Assembly: GCA_963780395.1 (NCBI GenBank)
Contig: CAWABY010000017.1
Coordinates: 120,625-184,624 of the forward strand
DNA length: 64,000 bases
DNA from: an uncultured Solirubrobacterales bacterium
GTDB lineage: Bacteria; Actinomycetota; Thermoleophilia; Solirubrobacterales; 70-9
Direction of reading: 5' to 3'
Shown here: positions 8,100-16,489 of the stretch, piece by piece
Position numbering within the stretch: position 1 is the first letter of the stretch
Layout of the letters: every line of letters starts with the position of its first letter
Made by a program: the position numbers and the translations under genes
The notes under the pieces: model-generated
Seen by the model: only the letters and a program-made list of their open reading frames with translations
What the model was told of the DNA's origin: nothing
The model's database searches: none

Positions 8100-9440
8100 A
8101 TGAGCGGACTGCTCGCGCTGGGCGTCTCGCAGCGCACCGCGCCGCTGGAGCTGCGCGAGCGCCTGGCGTTGACCGAGGGACGGGCCGCCGGCGTGCTCAG
8201 CGGCCTCGTCAGCCAAGAGCCGATCACCGAGGCCGCGGCGATCTCGACCTGCAACCGGACCGAGCTCTACCTGGTCGCGGCCGACACCGTCGAGGCCGAG
8301 ACCGCGGCGCTCGGCGTCCTGGCCCGCGAGGCCTCGATCCCCCCCACCGAGCTGCTCGGCCCCCTCTACTCGCTGCGCGGCAGCGACGCGGCCGCCCACC
8401 TGTTCGAGGTCACGGCGGGGCTCGACTCGATGATCCTCGGCGAGGCCGAGATCCAGGGCCAGGTCAAGCGCGCCTACGAGCTGGCGCTGGTCGAGGGCGC
8501 CACCGGCGCCGTGCTGAACCGGCTGTTCCGTGGCGCCCTCGCCGCCGGCAAGCGCGCCAGGACCGAGACGGCGATCGGCGAGAAGGGCGTCTCGATCCCC
8601 TCGGTCGCCGTCGAGCTGGCCCAGCGCAGCCTCGGCGACCTCGCCAGCCGCCGCGTGCTGCTGGTCGGCGCCGGCGAGACCTCGGAGCTGACCGCGCGGG
8701 CGCTCGCCGCGCGAGGCGTCGAGGCGGTGTTCGTCGCCAACCGCCGCTACAACCGCGCGATCGGGCTGGCCGAGCGCTTTGGCGGCACCGCAATCCGGAT
8801 CGACGAGCTGCCCGCGCAGCTCGAGCGCGCCGACATCGTCGTCTCCACCACCGACTCCCCGCACCATCTGATCGAGCGCAGCGAGCTCGAGCAGGTGATG
8901 CTCGCCCGTGGCGGGCGCCCACTCTTGCTGATCGACCTGGCGGTGCCGCGCGACATCGATCCGGCCTGCCGCGAGCTCCCGGGCGTGGACCTGCACGACG
9001 TCGACGACGTGCAGGCGATCGTCGAGCGCAACGCCTCGGGACGCGAGGCCGAGGCGCGCCGCGCGAAAGGGATTCTCGACTCCGAGCTGTTGCGCTTCGA
9101 GCGCTGGCTCTCGGCGCAGGAGGTGACCCCGACGGTCGCCGCCCTGCGCGAGCGCGCCGACGCCATCGTGGCCCAGGTCCTGGCCGAGAACGAGTCGCGC
9201 TGGGAGGACCTCTCCGAGGCCGACCGCGAGCGGGTCGAGCTGATGGCCCGAGCGATCGCCAGCCGCCTGCTGCACGAGCCGACCGTGCGGATCAAGGCCG
9301 CGGCCGACCGCGACGACGCCTACCTGCAGGTGAGCGCGCTGCGCGAGCTGTTCGGCCTCGACACGGGTACCGCGCCCGAGGGCGAGGAGGGCGACGTCTC
9401 CTCGCTCGACGAGCGGCGACGCCACAGCGACCGCGGCTAG
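8100..9440 (+). CDS. hemA: Glutamyl-tRNA reductase
   Basis: MSGLLALGVSQRTAPLELRERLAL..., catalytic-Cys motif ISTCNRTELY, NADPH-binding LLVGAGETSEL; 446 aa. ATG 8067 is an alternative start. Confidence 0.9.
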   Translation: MSGLLALGVSQRTAPLELRERLALTEGRAAGVLSGLVSQEPITEAAAISTCNRTELYLVAADTVEAETAALGVLAREASIPPTELLGPLYSLRGSDAAAHLFEVTAGLDSMILGEAEIQGQVKRAYELALVEGATGAVLNRLFRGALAAGKRARTETAIGEKGVSIPSVAVELAQRSLGDLASRRVLLVGAGETSELTARALAARGVEAVFVANRRYNRAIGLAERFGGTAIRIDELPAQLERADIVVSTTDSPHHLIERSELEQVMLARGGRPLLLIDLAVPRDIDPACRELPGVDLHDVDDVQAIVERNASGREAEARRAKGILDSELLRFERWLSAQEVTPTVAALRERADAIVAQVLAENESRWEDLSEADRERVELMARAIASRLLHEPTVRIKAAADRDDAYLQVSALRELFGLDTGTAPEGEEGDVSSLDERRRHSDRG

Positions 9441-9443
9441 ACG

Positions 9444-10358
9444 ATGGCTGATGACCGGGCGGCCCTGAGGCTCGGCACGCGCGGCAGCGCGCTGGCGCTG
9501 ACCCAGGCCGGGCTGGTCGCCAACGCGCTCGGCGGCGCCGAGCTGGTCCCGATCAAGACCTCGGGGGATGGCCAGGGCCCCGGGGGTGACAAAGCCCGCT
9601 TCGTGCGCGAGATCGAGCAGGCCCTGTTGGCGGGCGAGGTGGACCTGGCGGTGCACTCGGCCAAGGACCTGCCGACCGAGCTGCCCGAGGGCCTGGAGAT
9701 CGCCGGCATCCCCGCCCGCGAGGACGCCCGCGACGCCTTCATCGGCCAGTCCGATTCGCTGGACGCGGTGCCGGAGGGCGCGCGAATCGGGACCTCCAGC
9801 CTGCGGCGCCGCGCCCAGCTGTTGGCCTTGCGCCCCGACCTCGAGCTGGCGGACCTGCGCGGCAACGTCGATACCCGGCTCGAGAAGCTGGCGGCCGGGG
9901 ACTTCGACGGGCTGGTGCTGGCCGCCGCCGGCCTGCGCCGCCTCGGGCGGGCGGAGGAGATCGCGTTCGAGTTCGACCCCGAACAGCTGACGCCGGCGCC
10001 GGGACAGGGCGCCCTGGTCCTGGAGTGCCGGCTCGACGACCCCGTCGAGGCGAGGGCGCAGACCATCACCGACCGCGCTGCTCTCGCCGCAGTCAGCTGC
10101 GAGCGGGCGGCGGTCGCGGCGCTGGGGGCGAGCTGCAACACGCCGGTGGGCGTGCACGCCGAGCTCTCCTCGGGCGGGCGCATGCGGGCGCGTGGCTTCT
10201 GCGGCCTGCCCGACGGCAGCGAGTGGATCCGGGACGAGCTGGAGCAGGACGCCAGCCAGCCCGAGGCGCTGGGGGGCGAGCTCGCCGAGCGCATGATCGG
10301 CGCCGGGGCCCGGGAGCTGCTGGAGCGCGCCGAGAGGGCGGCGGAGGTCGGCGCATGA
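9444..10358 (+). CDS. hemC: Porphobilinogen deaminase (hydroxymethylbilane synthase)
   Basis: ORF 9444-10358. LRLGTRGSALALTQAG, KTSGD, DLAVHSAKDLP and RGNVDTRL are classic HemC motifs. Confidence 0.9.
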   Translation: MADDRAALRLGTRGSALALTQAGLVANALGGAELVPIKTSGDGQGPGGDKARFVREIEQALLAGEVDLAVHSAKDLPTELPEGLEIAGIPAREDARDAFIGQSDSLDAVPEGARIGTSSLRRRAQLLALRPDLELADLRGNVDTRLEKLAAGDFDGLVLAAAGLRRLGRAEEIAFEFDPEQLTPAPGQGALVLECRLDDPVEARAQTITDRAALAAVSCERAAVAALGASCNTPVGVHAELSSGGRMRARGFCGLPDGSEWIRDELEQDASQPEALGGELAERMIGAGARELLERAERAAEVGA

Positions 10359-11887
10359 GCGATTCCACCGGGATCGTCTTCCTCGTCGGGGCCGGCCCCG
10401 GCGACCCGGGCCTGATGACGGTGCGCTCGCTGGAGCTGCTCGTCGCCGCCGACGTGATCGTCCACGACCGGCTGATTCCGGCCGAGGCGCTCGCGCCCGC
10501 GCGCCCCGGGGCCGAGCTGATCTACGTCGGCAAGGAGCCCGGCGACGCGAGCGTTCCCCAGGAGCGGATCGCAGAGCTGCTCGTGGACCGCGCGCGCCAG
10601 GGCAAGATCGTGGTTCGCCTCAAGGGCGGGGACCCGTTCGTGTTCGGCCGCGGCGGCGAGGAGGCCGAGGCCCTGGCCCAGGCCGGGATCCCGTTCGAGG
10701 TCGTTCCCGGCATCACCGCCGGGGTCGCCGCCAGCGCCTACGCGGGGATCCCCGTCACCCACCGCGACGACGCATCGGCGGTCGCCTTCGTCACCGGGCA
10801 CCAGGACCCGGCCAAGGGTGAGGACGATGACGGCTCGGCGGGGGCGCTCGACTACGAGGCGCTCGGCGCCTTCCCCGGCACCCTCGTCTTCTACATGGGC
10901 GTTAAGGCCCTGCCCCAGATCGCCGAGCGCCTCACCGCCGCCGGCCGCGACCCCACCGAGCCCGCGGCGGTGATCGAACGTGGCACCCTGCCCGGCCAGC
11001 GCACGGTCAGCGCCCCGCTGGCCGAGCTCCCCGGCGCCGCCGCCGAGGCCGAGATCCGCGCTCCCGCGATCACGGTGGTCGGCCCGGCAGTCGCGCGGCG
11101 CGAGACGATCGCCTGGTTCGAGCGCCGGCCGCTGCACGGCGTGCGGGTGGTCGTCACCAGGGCGCGCCCGCAGGCGAGCGAGCTCTCGCGGCGCCTGGCC
11201 GCGCTCGGAGCCGAGCCGGTCGAGCTGCCCGCGATCCGGATCGAGCCGCGCATCGACACCGACGAGGTTCGCCGCGCGGTCGAGGGCATCCACGCCTACG
11301 CCCTCGTCTGCCTGACGAGCGTGAACGCGGCGCGGCTGCTGTTCCAGGCGATGGCCGATCAGGGGCGGGACGCCCGCGCCCTGGCGAATGCCGTCATCGC
11401 CGCGATAGGTCCCGGCACCGTGGCGGCACTCGCCGAGAACGGTGTCATGGCCGACGTCGTGCCCGAGCGCTCCGTCGCCGAGTCGCTTGCGGAGGCCCTG
11501 GAGAAGGTCGACGTCACGGGCAAGCCGGTGCTCATCGCCCGCGCCGCCGAGGCGCGCGAGGTGCTGCCGGACGCACTGCGCGCCCGCGGGGCGAAGCTGG
11601 ACGTGGTCAGCCTCTATGAGACCGTGCCCGAGCGCCCCGAGCCCGGGGCCGTCGAGCGGGCGAGCGACGCCGACTACATCACCTTCACCTCGGCCTCGAC
11701 CGTCCGCAACCTGGTGGCGGCGCTCGGCGACGACCTCCCCAGCGGCGCCAGGGTGGTCTCGATCGGCCCGGTCACCAGCGAGGCCGCCCGCGAGGCCGGC
11801 CTCGAGGTCCACGTCGAGGCAGCGGAGCACGACCTCGACGGCCTCGTCGAGGCGCTGCTAGCCGACGCTCAAGGGGCAAGGGAGTAG
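10355..11887 (+). CDS. Bifunctional uroporphyrinogen-III C-methyltransferase / uroporphyrinogen-III synthase (CobA-HemD fusion)
   Basis: ATG 10355 overlaps the hemC stop (ATGA). The N-terminal half, IVFLVGAGPGDPGLMTVRS...RLKGGDPFVFGRGGEE, is SUMT. The C-terminal half, LHGVRVVVTRARPQASEL...ITFTSASTV, is a HemD fold. Confidence 0.9.
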   Translation: MSDSTGIVFLVGAGPGDPGLMTVRSLELLVAADVIVHDRLIPAEALAPARPGAELIYVGKEPGDASVPQERIAELLVDRARQGKIVVRLKGGDPFVFGRGGEEAEALAQAGIPFEVVPGITAGVAASAYAGIPVTHRDDASAVAFVTGHQDPAKGEDDDGSAGALDYEALGAFPGTLVFYMGVKALPQIAERLTAAGRDPTEPAAVIERGTLPGQRTVSAPLAELPGAAAEAEIRAPAITVVGPAVARRETIAWFERRPLHGVRVVVTRARPQASELSRRLAALGAEPVELPAIRIEPRIDTDEVRRAVEGIHAYALVCLTSVNAARLLFQAMADQGRDARALANAVIAAIGPGTVAALAENGVMADVVPERSVAESLAEALEKVDVTGKPVLIARAAEAREVLPDALRARGAKLDVVSLYETVPERPEPGAVERASDADYITFTSASTVRNLVAALGDDLPSGARVVSIGPVTSEAAREAGLEVHVEAAEHDLDGLVEALLADAQGARE

Positions 11888-11936
11888 CCACCACCCGGCG
11901 CGAGACGCCCGCCGCCGGGGCTAGAGTTCCCGCACC

Positions 11937-12155
11937 ATGGGAGGACCGACCCGAGCGCAGCGTCTGGCCGCGAGCTTGGTCGCGGCCCTGCGCCGCACCC
12001 GCGACGGCGGCAAGGTGCGGCTGAAGCTGAAGGCGACCGGCCGGCTGGGCGAGGTGGACGAGGCGGAGCTCGCCATCAGCGTCATCCCGCAGCCGCAGCC
12101 GCCGACGTTCCCGGAGGCCTGCGCGGCCGCGGCCCCCGCCAGCGCCGCCTGCTAG
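11937..12155 (+). CDS. Small hypothetical protein (72 aa)
   Basis: The only ORF in the 280-nt gap. Nearly all of its codons end in G or C, as in real genes here. No recognisable domain. Confidence 0.35.
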   Translation: MGGPTRAQRLAASLVAALRRTRDGGKVRLKLKATGRLGEVDEAELAISVIPQPQPPTFPEACAAAAPASAAC

Positions 12156-12168
12156 GTCCCCCGCCTGA

Positions 12169-12996
12169 TTGGATTGCCCCGTGGCCGAGGGGCTGCCGAT
12201 CACCTTCCTCTCCGACTACGGCGACTCCGATGAGTTCGCCGGCGTCTGTCGCGCGGTGATCCGGCAGATCGCCCCGGACGCGCCGCTGATCGACCTCACC
12301 CACGGGATCGGGCGACAGGGGATCCGCCACGGGGCGCTGGCGCTCGCCAACGCGCTGCCGTTCTGCCCCCCCGGCGTTCACCTGGCCGTGGTCGATCCCG
12401 GCGTCGGCGGCCCCCGGCGGGCGGTCGCGGTGACGACGATGGAAGAGGGACGCTTCCTGGTCGGCCCCGACAACGGCCTGCTGGCGCCGTCGATCGAGCG
12501 TTTCGGCGGCGCCGCGCGGGCGATCGACCTTGCGAACTCCCCCTTCCGCCTGGAGCCCGTCTCGGCCACCTTCCACGGCAGGGACCTGTTCGCGCCGGTC
12601 GCCGCGCACCTGGCGCTGGGCGCGAGGCTGGACGAGGCCGGCGAGAAGTTCGAGCCCGCGGAGCTGACCGCCCTCGAGCTGCCCACCCCCACCGTCGAGG
12701 CCGGGCGCGTGGTCGCGCACGCGCTCTACTCGGACCGCTACGGGAACGTGTCGCTTGACCTGGACCCCGAGGGCGCGGCCGCGGGATCGCTCGTTCCCGG
12801 CGGCCGCATCGAGGTGCGCGCGCCCGACGGGCGCTTCGAGGCGAGCTGGACAGACACCTTTGTGGACGTCGGGCGAGGCGAGCTGCTGCTGTACCGCAGC
12901 TCATCGGGGCGAATGGTCCTGGGGGTCAACGGCGGCAGCGCCGCCGGCCTGCTCGACCTGGACCCGGACGACGAGGTCGAGCTACGCCCGCTCTAG
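12169..12996 (+). CDS. SAM hydrolase / SAM-dependent halogenase family protein (DUF62, S-adenosyl-L-methionine hydroxide adenosyltransferase)
   Basis: ORF 12169-12996. ITFLSDYGDSDEFAGVCRAVI...LIDLTHGI...VVDPGVGG...GPDNGLL...FHGRDLFAPVAAHL is characteristic of DUF62. The start may be GTG 12181. Confidence 0.8.
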   Translation: MDCPVAEGLPITFLSDYGDSDEFAGVCRAVIRQIAPDAPLIDLTHGIGRQGIRHGALALANALPFCPPGVHLAVVDPGVGGPRRAVAVTTMEEGRFLVGPDNGLLAPSIERFGGAARAIDLANSPFRLEPVSATFHGRDLFAPVAAHLALGARLDEAGEKFEPAELTALELPTPTVEAGRVVAHALYSDRYGNVSLDLDPEGAAAGSLVPGGRIEVRAPDGRFEASWTDTFVDVGRGELLLYRSSSGRMVLGVNGGSAAGLLDLDPDDEVELRPL

Positions 12997-13697
12997 GCAG
13001 CCCGCACCGCCATTACCGGCGCACCGACTCCACCAACGCCCGTGCGAGGGAGCTGGCCCTGGAGGGAGCGCCGGGGGGCCTCGTCGTCACCGCCGCCGAG
13101 CAGAGCGCGGGCCGGGGCCGGCAGGGGCGCAGCTGGTTCGCGCCCGCGGGCTCGGCGCTGCTCTACTCGGCGCTGCTGCGCCCGCTCGGGGAGCGCCCGC
13201 TGCTGCCGCTGGCGGCCCCGCTCGCGGTCTGCGAGGCCGCCGAGGCGATCTCCGAGGTGCGATGCGGCGTCAAGTGGCCGAACGACGTCTGGATCGCCGA
13301 TCGCAAGCTGGCCGGGGTGCTGATCGAGTCGCGGCCTGGCGCCGACGGCTGGGCGGTGATCGGCGTAGGGCTCAACGTCGCCGTCCCCCGGGCTGAGTTC
13401 CCCGCCGACTTGACCGGGACCGCGACCTCGCTGCTCGTCGAGGGCGCGGCTGACGCCACGGTCGAAGCCGCGCGGGGGGCGCTCAACGACGCGCTCGGCC
13501 ACTGGCTCGACGCTCCCGAGGGCGAGGTCCTGGCCGAGTTCCGCGCCCGCGACGCCCTCGCCGGCAGGCGGGTCGGCTGGGAGCGGGATGCGGGCGTGGT
13601 GGCCGGCATCGACGACTCCGGGCACCTACTGGTGGACACCGATCGAGGCGAGCGGGTGGCGCTGGGCGCGGGCGAGGTCCACCTCGCCGTCTCCTGA
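12996..13697 (+). CDS. birA: Biotin--[acetyl-CoA-carboxylase] ligase (BirA, class I); start codon unresolved
   Basis: Own translation in the frame of ORF 13257-13697 extends upstream as ...RTDSTNARARELALEGAPGGLVVTAAEQSAGRGRQGRSWFAPAGSALLYS..., followed by KWPNDVWIADRKLAGVLIE. The TDSTN, GRGRxGRxW and KWPND motifs are present. No ATG, GTG or TTG occurs in frame before 13257. Confidence 0.75.
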   Translation, partial: GSPHRHYRRTDSTNARARELALEGAPGGLVVTAAEQSAGRGRQGRSWFAPAGSALLYSALLRPLGERPLLPLAAPLAVCEAAEAISEVRCGVKWPNDVWIADRKLAGVLIESRPGADGWAVIGVGLNVAVPRAEFPADLTGTATSLLVEGAADATVEAARGALNDALGHWLDAPEGEVLAEFRARDALAGRRVGWERDAGVVAGIDDSGHLLVDTDRGERVALGAGEVHLAVS

Positions 13698-13724
13698 GCC
13701 GCGGCCAACCGCTCTTGTAGGGGC

Positions 13725-16334
13725 CTAGGCCTCTTCCAGCTCGGCGTCGCCCTCGGGCAGGTCCTCGAGGCCCTCGTCATCGGGTTCGTCGGCCTCGGCG
13801 CCGTTGGCCGAGGAGGAGGCGTTGCCGCCCCCCGCCCCCTTCGCGGTGGCGGCCCTGCCGCCCTTCCTGGCGCCGCCCCTGGCGGCTCCATTCCTGGCGC
13901 CCTGGCCCGATCCCTTGCGCTTGCGCCGGCGGCGGCGCGAGCCCGACTTGGGGAAGTTCCGCAGCAGCTCGCGGGCCACGCCAGAGGGCTTTCGGGCCGC
14001 GCGCATGCGGGCGCCGCGCAGCACCTCCTCGCCCTCCGGGGTGTGCGCGACGGCCGCTGCCAGCAGCGCCGCCTGCAGCCGCCGGTCCTGGTTGCGCGAG
14101 GCGTGCACGAGGCGGCGGGCGTTGCGCCCGTGGGCGCGGCCGGATGAGTTGACCAGCAGGCCCAGCAGACGCTTGGTCTCGGGCCAGCGCTGCACGGCGT
14201 ACTCCTCGTGCAGGTCCCGCGTGTAGCCGGCCAGGCGCCAGACCCAGGCCTGGGCCTGGTCGCGGCGGCCGATGCGGCGCTCGGCGAGCGCCTCCAGCAG
14301 CACCCGGGTGCCGGCGCGGCGGTCGTCGCGCGACCAGGTGCCGACGGTGTCGATCGCGTCGTCGAAGGCCTCGGGGTCGCGCAGCGTCGCGATCTCGGCC
14401 AGAGCCTTGATCCGCAGCTGCGAGTTGCGGTTGCGCTGAACGCAGGTGAGCAGGAAGCGGCGGCGCAGCTCCTTGGTGGCGTCGTGCTGCAGCATCGCCT
14501 TGGCGCGCCGCCAGCCCGAGGGGTTGACCCGGGCGCCTGCCAGGGCCGCCCACACGTGCTGCTCGGCGTGGTCGAGGTTCTCGACCGCGATCCGCCACAG
14601 CTCCCGCTCGAGCACCCGCAGCCGCTTGTCGGCGACGTCGGAGACGGGCACGACGCGCTTCTCGACGCGCACCCGGCGCCCGCGGCCGCGGCGCACCGGC
14701 CCGACCACGATCGCGCCGCCGCGATAGACGTCACGGTCGAGCAGGCTGTGGAGGGTGACGATCGTCTCGTCGTGGGTGGTCGCCGGGTGGACGAAGTCGA
14801 TCACCAGGCCCGCCTCCTTGCCGGGGTTGCGGCGGGTGACGCGGCCGACGCGCTGCTGATAGACGCGCCGCGACGCGGTCGGGGCCAGGTGCATGCAGAT
14901 CGTCGCGCGGGGGGAGTTCCAGCCCTCGGCCAGCAGCATCGCGTTGCAGAGGACGTCGACCTCGCCTCGCTCGAAGCCGGCGAGGATCTCGGCCAGCTCG
15001 CGCTTCGGGGTCTCGCCCGAGACGGCCTTGGCGTTGATGCCGGCGTCCTGGAAGGCCTTGGCGACGTTGTTCGCGTGCTTGACCCCGGCGGTGTAGAGCA
15101 CGCCGGCGACCTTGCGGAAGCGCGACTTGTAGAGGTCGGCGATGGCGACGTTGAAGGGCGTCTGGTCGAGCAGCTTCGCCAGCTCCTCCTGGTCGAAGTC
15201 CTGGTCCACCTCGCCCTTGCGCAGGGGCACCTTGGCGATCGTGCGCACGCCGGGCCCCGGCGGGATGCGGATGCAGCGCAGCGGGGCGATCACTCCGCGC
15301 CTGGCGGCCTGGGCGAGGTCGAAGCGTGAGGTCTGGGTCGGGAAGAGGTCGGCGACGTGCCGCGCGATCAGTGCCCCGGTCGCGGTCATGCCGATGAACA
15401 CCGGGCCGACCCAGGAGCGGATGCAGGCGCTGGTCTTCTCGCCGAGCGCGGTGTGGGCCTCGTCGCAGATCACGATCGAGTAGGCGTCGCTGATGCGGCC
15501 GGCGTTGCGCACGAACCACTGGTAGGTCTCGACCGTGACGGGGCCGTAGGGATGGTCGGCGTCTTCAAGCAGCGGCGGGGACAGACGCTCGCCGTAGCCG
15601 CGGTCGGAGATCTCGCCGATGAACTGGTCGACCAGGTTGCGGCGGTGGGTGAGGATGAGGATGCCGCCGGTGCGCGAGGCCTCGATGAAGCCGACCGCGG
15701 CGACGGTCTTGCCGGCCCCGGTGGCGTGCTCGAACCAGAAGCGCCGGTCAGCGCCCGGGTCCTCGGGCACCTCATCGGTGACGTCCTCGTCCTCCTCGGC
15801 CTCGTCCCAGTCCTTGGGCTCCTCGTCGGGCTCGAGCGCGTCGTCGTCGGCGGCGTCGAGGGCCTCGCCGTTGCTGCTCGCCGCGGCCGCTCCGTTCCCG
15901 GCCGCCTTGGCGGCGCCGGCGCCGTTCGAGGGCTTGCCGTTCTGCTGCTCGAGCTCGGCGATCAAGGCCGCCAGCGTGCCCGAGAGCGCGTCCACCTGGT
16001 GCTCGTTCAGCTCGGCGCCGTCGGCCAGGTGCGGGACCTCCTCGTCCAGCAGGCGCTCCAGCCCGAGCATCAGCGAGTAGTCGCGCCGCCACTCGATCGA
16101 AGGAGCCTCGTTGCCGGCGTCGATCTCGGCAAGCGCCGCGTCCAGCGCCCGGCGCCGGGCCGTGCCGGGCGCGAGGTCCTTGGGCTTCTCGCCTTCGAGC
16201 AGGAAGGGCTCGCGCGCGAACTCGCGAGCGCGCTCGATATCGGCGGCGGTTGGCGCCTTCGCCGCTTTCGCGGCCACTTTGGTGGTTTCAGCCATGAGGC
16301 TCTGTGATCCGGCGCTCCTCGCCAGTCGAAGCAC
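13725..16334 (-). CDS. Superfamily-2 DEAD/DEAH-like helicase (ResIII-type core) with long acidic N-terminal and basic C-terminal extensions
   Basis: ORF 13725-16334. Motif I HATGAGKTVAA, motif II VICDEAHT, motif III GMTATG, and the helicase C-terminal motif VGRVTRR. The N-terminal ~200 aa is rich in D, E and A. The C-terminal ~70 aa is rich in R, K and G. Confidence 0.85.
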   Translation of the reverse strand: MLRLARSAGSQSLMAETTKVAAKAAKAPTAADIERAREFAREPFLLEGEKPKDLAPGTARRRALDAALAEIDAGNEAPSIEWRRDYSLMLGLERLLDEEVPHLADGAELNEHQVDALSGTLAALIAELEQQNGKPSNGAGAAKAAGNGAAAASSNGEALDAADDDALEPDEEPKDWDEAEEDEDVTDEVPEDPGADRRFWFEHATGAGKTVAAVGFIEASRTGGILILTHRRNLVDQFIGEISDRGYGERLSPPLLEDADHPYGPVTVETYQWFVRNAGRISDAYSIVICDEAHTALGEKTSACIRSWVGPVFIGMTATGALIARHVADLFPTQTSRFDLAQAARRGVIAPLRCIRIPPGPGVRTIAKVPLRKGEVDQDFDQEELAKLLDQTPFNVAIADLYKSRFRKVAGVLYTAGVKHANNVAKAFQDAGINAKAVSGETPKRELAEILAGFERGEVDVLCNAMLLAEGWNSPRATICMHLAPTASRRVYQQRVGRVTRRNPGKEAGLVIDFVHPATTHDETIVTLHSLLDRDVYRGGAIVVGPVRRGRGRRVRVEKRVVPVSDVADKRLRVLERELWRIAVENLDHAEQHVWAALAGARVNPSGWRRAKAMLQHDATKELRRRFLLTCVQRNRNSQLRIKALAEIATLRDPEAFDDAIDTVGTWSRDDRRAGTRVLLEALAERRIGRRDQAQAWVWRLAGYTRDLHEEYAVQRWPETKRLLGLLVNSSGRAHGRNARRLVHASRNQDRRLQAALLAAAVAHTPEGEEVLRGARMRAARKPSGVARELLRNFPKSGSRRRRRKRKGSGQGARNGAARGGARKGGRAATAKGAGGGNASSSANGAEADEPDDEGLEDLPEGDAELEEA

Positions 16335-16489
16335 AGGGCGAGGGGCGATACAGCCTGATCGTGGGGCGCCCCGGGAGCTTCACTTGCTCCGGACCCCCCT
16401 CCCGGGCCCAGGAACTGAATGGGCCGTTAAGCAATATAAAGCAACGAGAACTACAAACCGCGGTCCCAGACGAAGGATGTGAACGTTTC

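Noticed and set aside
7023-9440. 805-aa ORF suggesting a giant CcmC-HemA fusion.
   Set aside because: Residues ~110-290 of this ORF are nonsense (Arg/Gly/Pro-rich). The real CcmC continues in the 7237-7908 frame. Only the CcmD-like/HemA in-frame continuity (7905 onward) is retained, as a separate finding.
13698-13724. Palindrome ggcctaggcc between the convergent birA and helicase genes as a bidirectional terminator.
   Set aside because: It is a 10-bp perfect palindrome with no loop, so no stable hairpin forms, and there is no flanking T or A tract. The evidence is insufficient.
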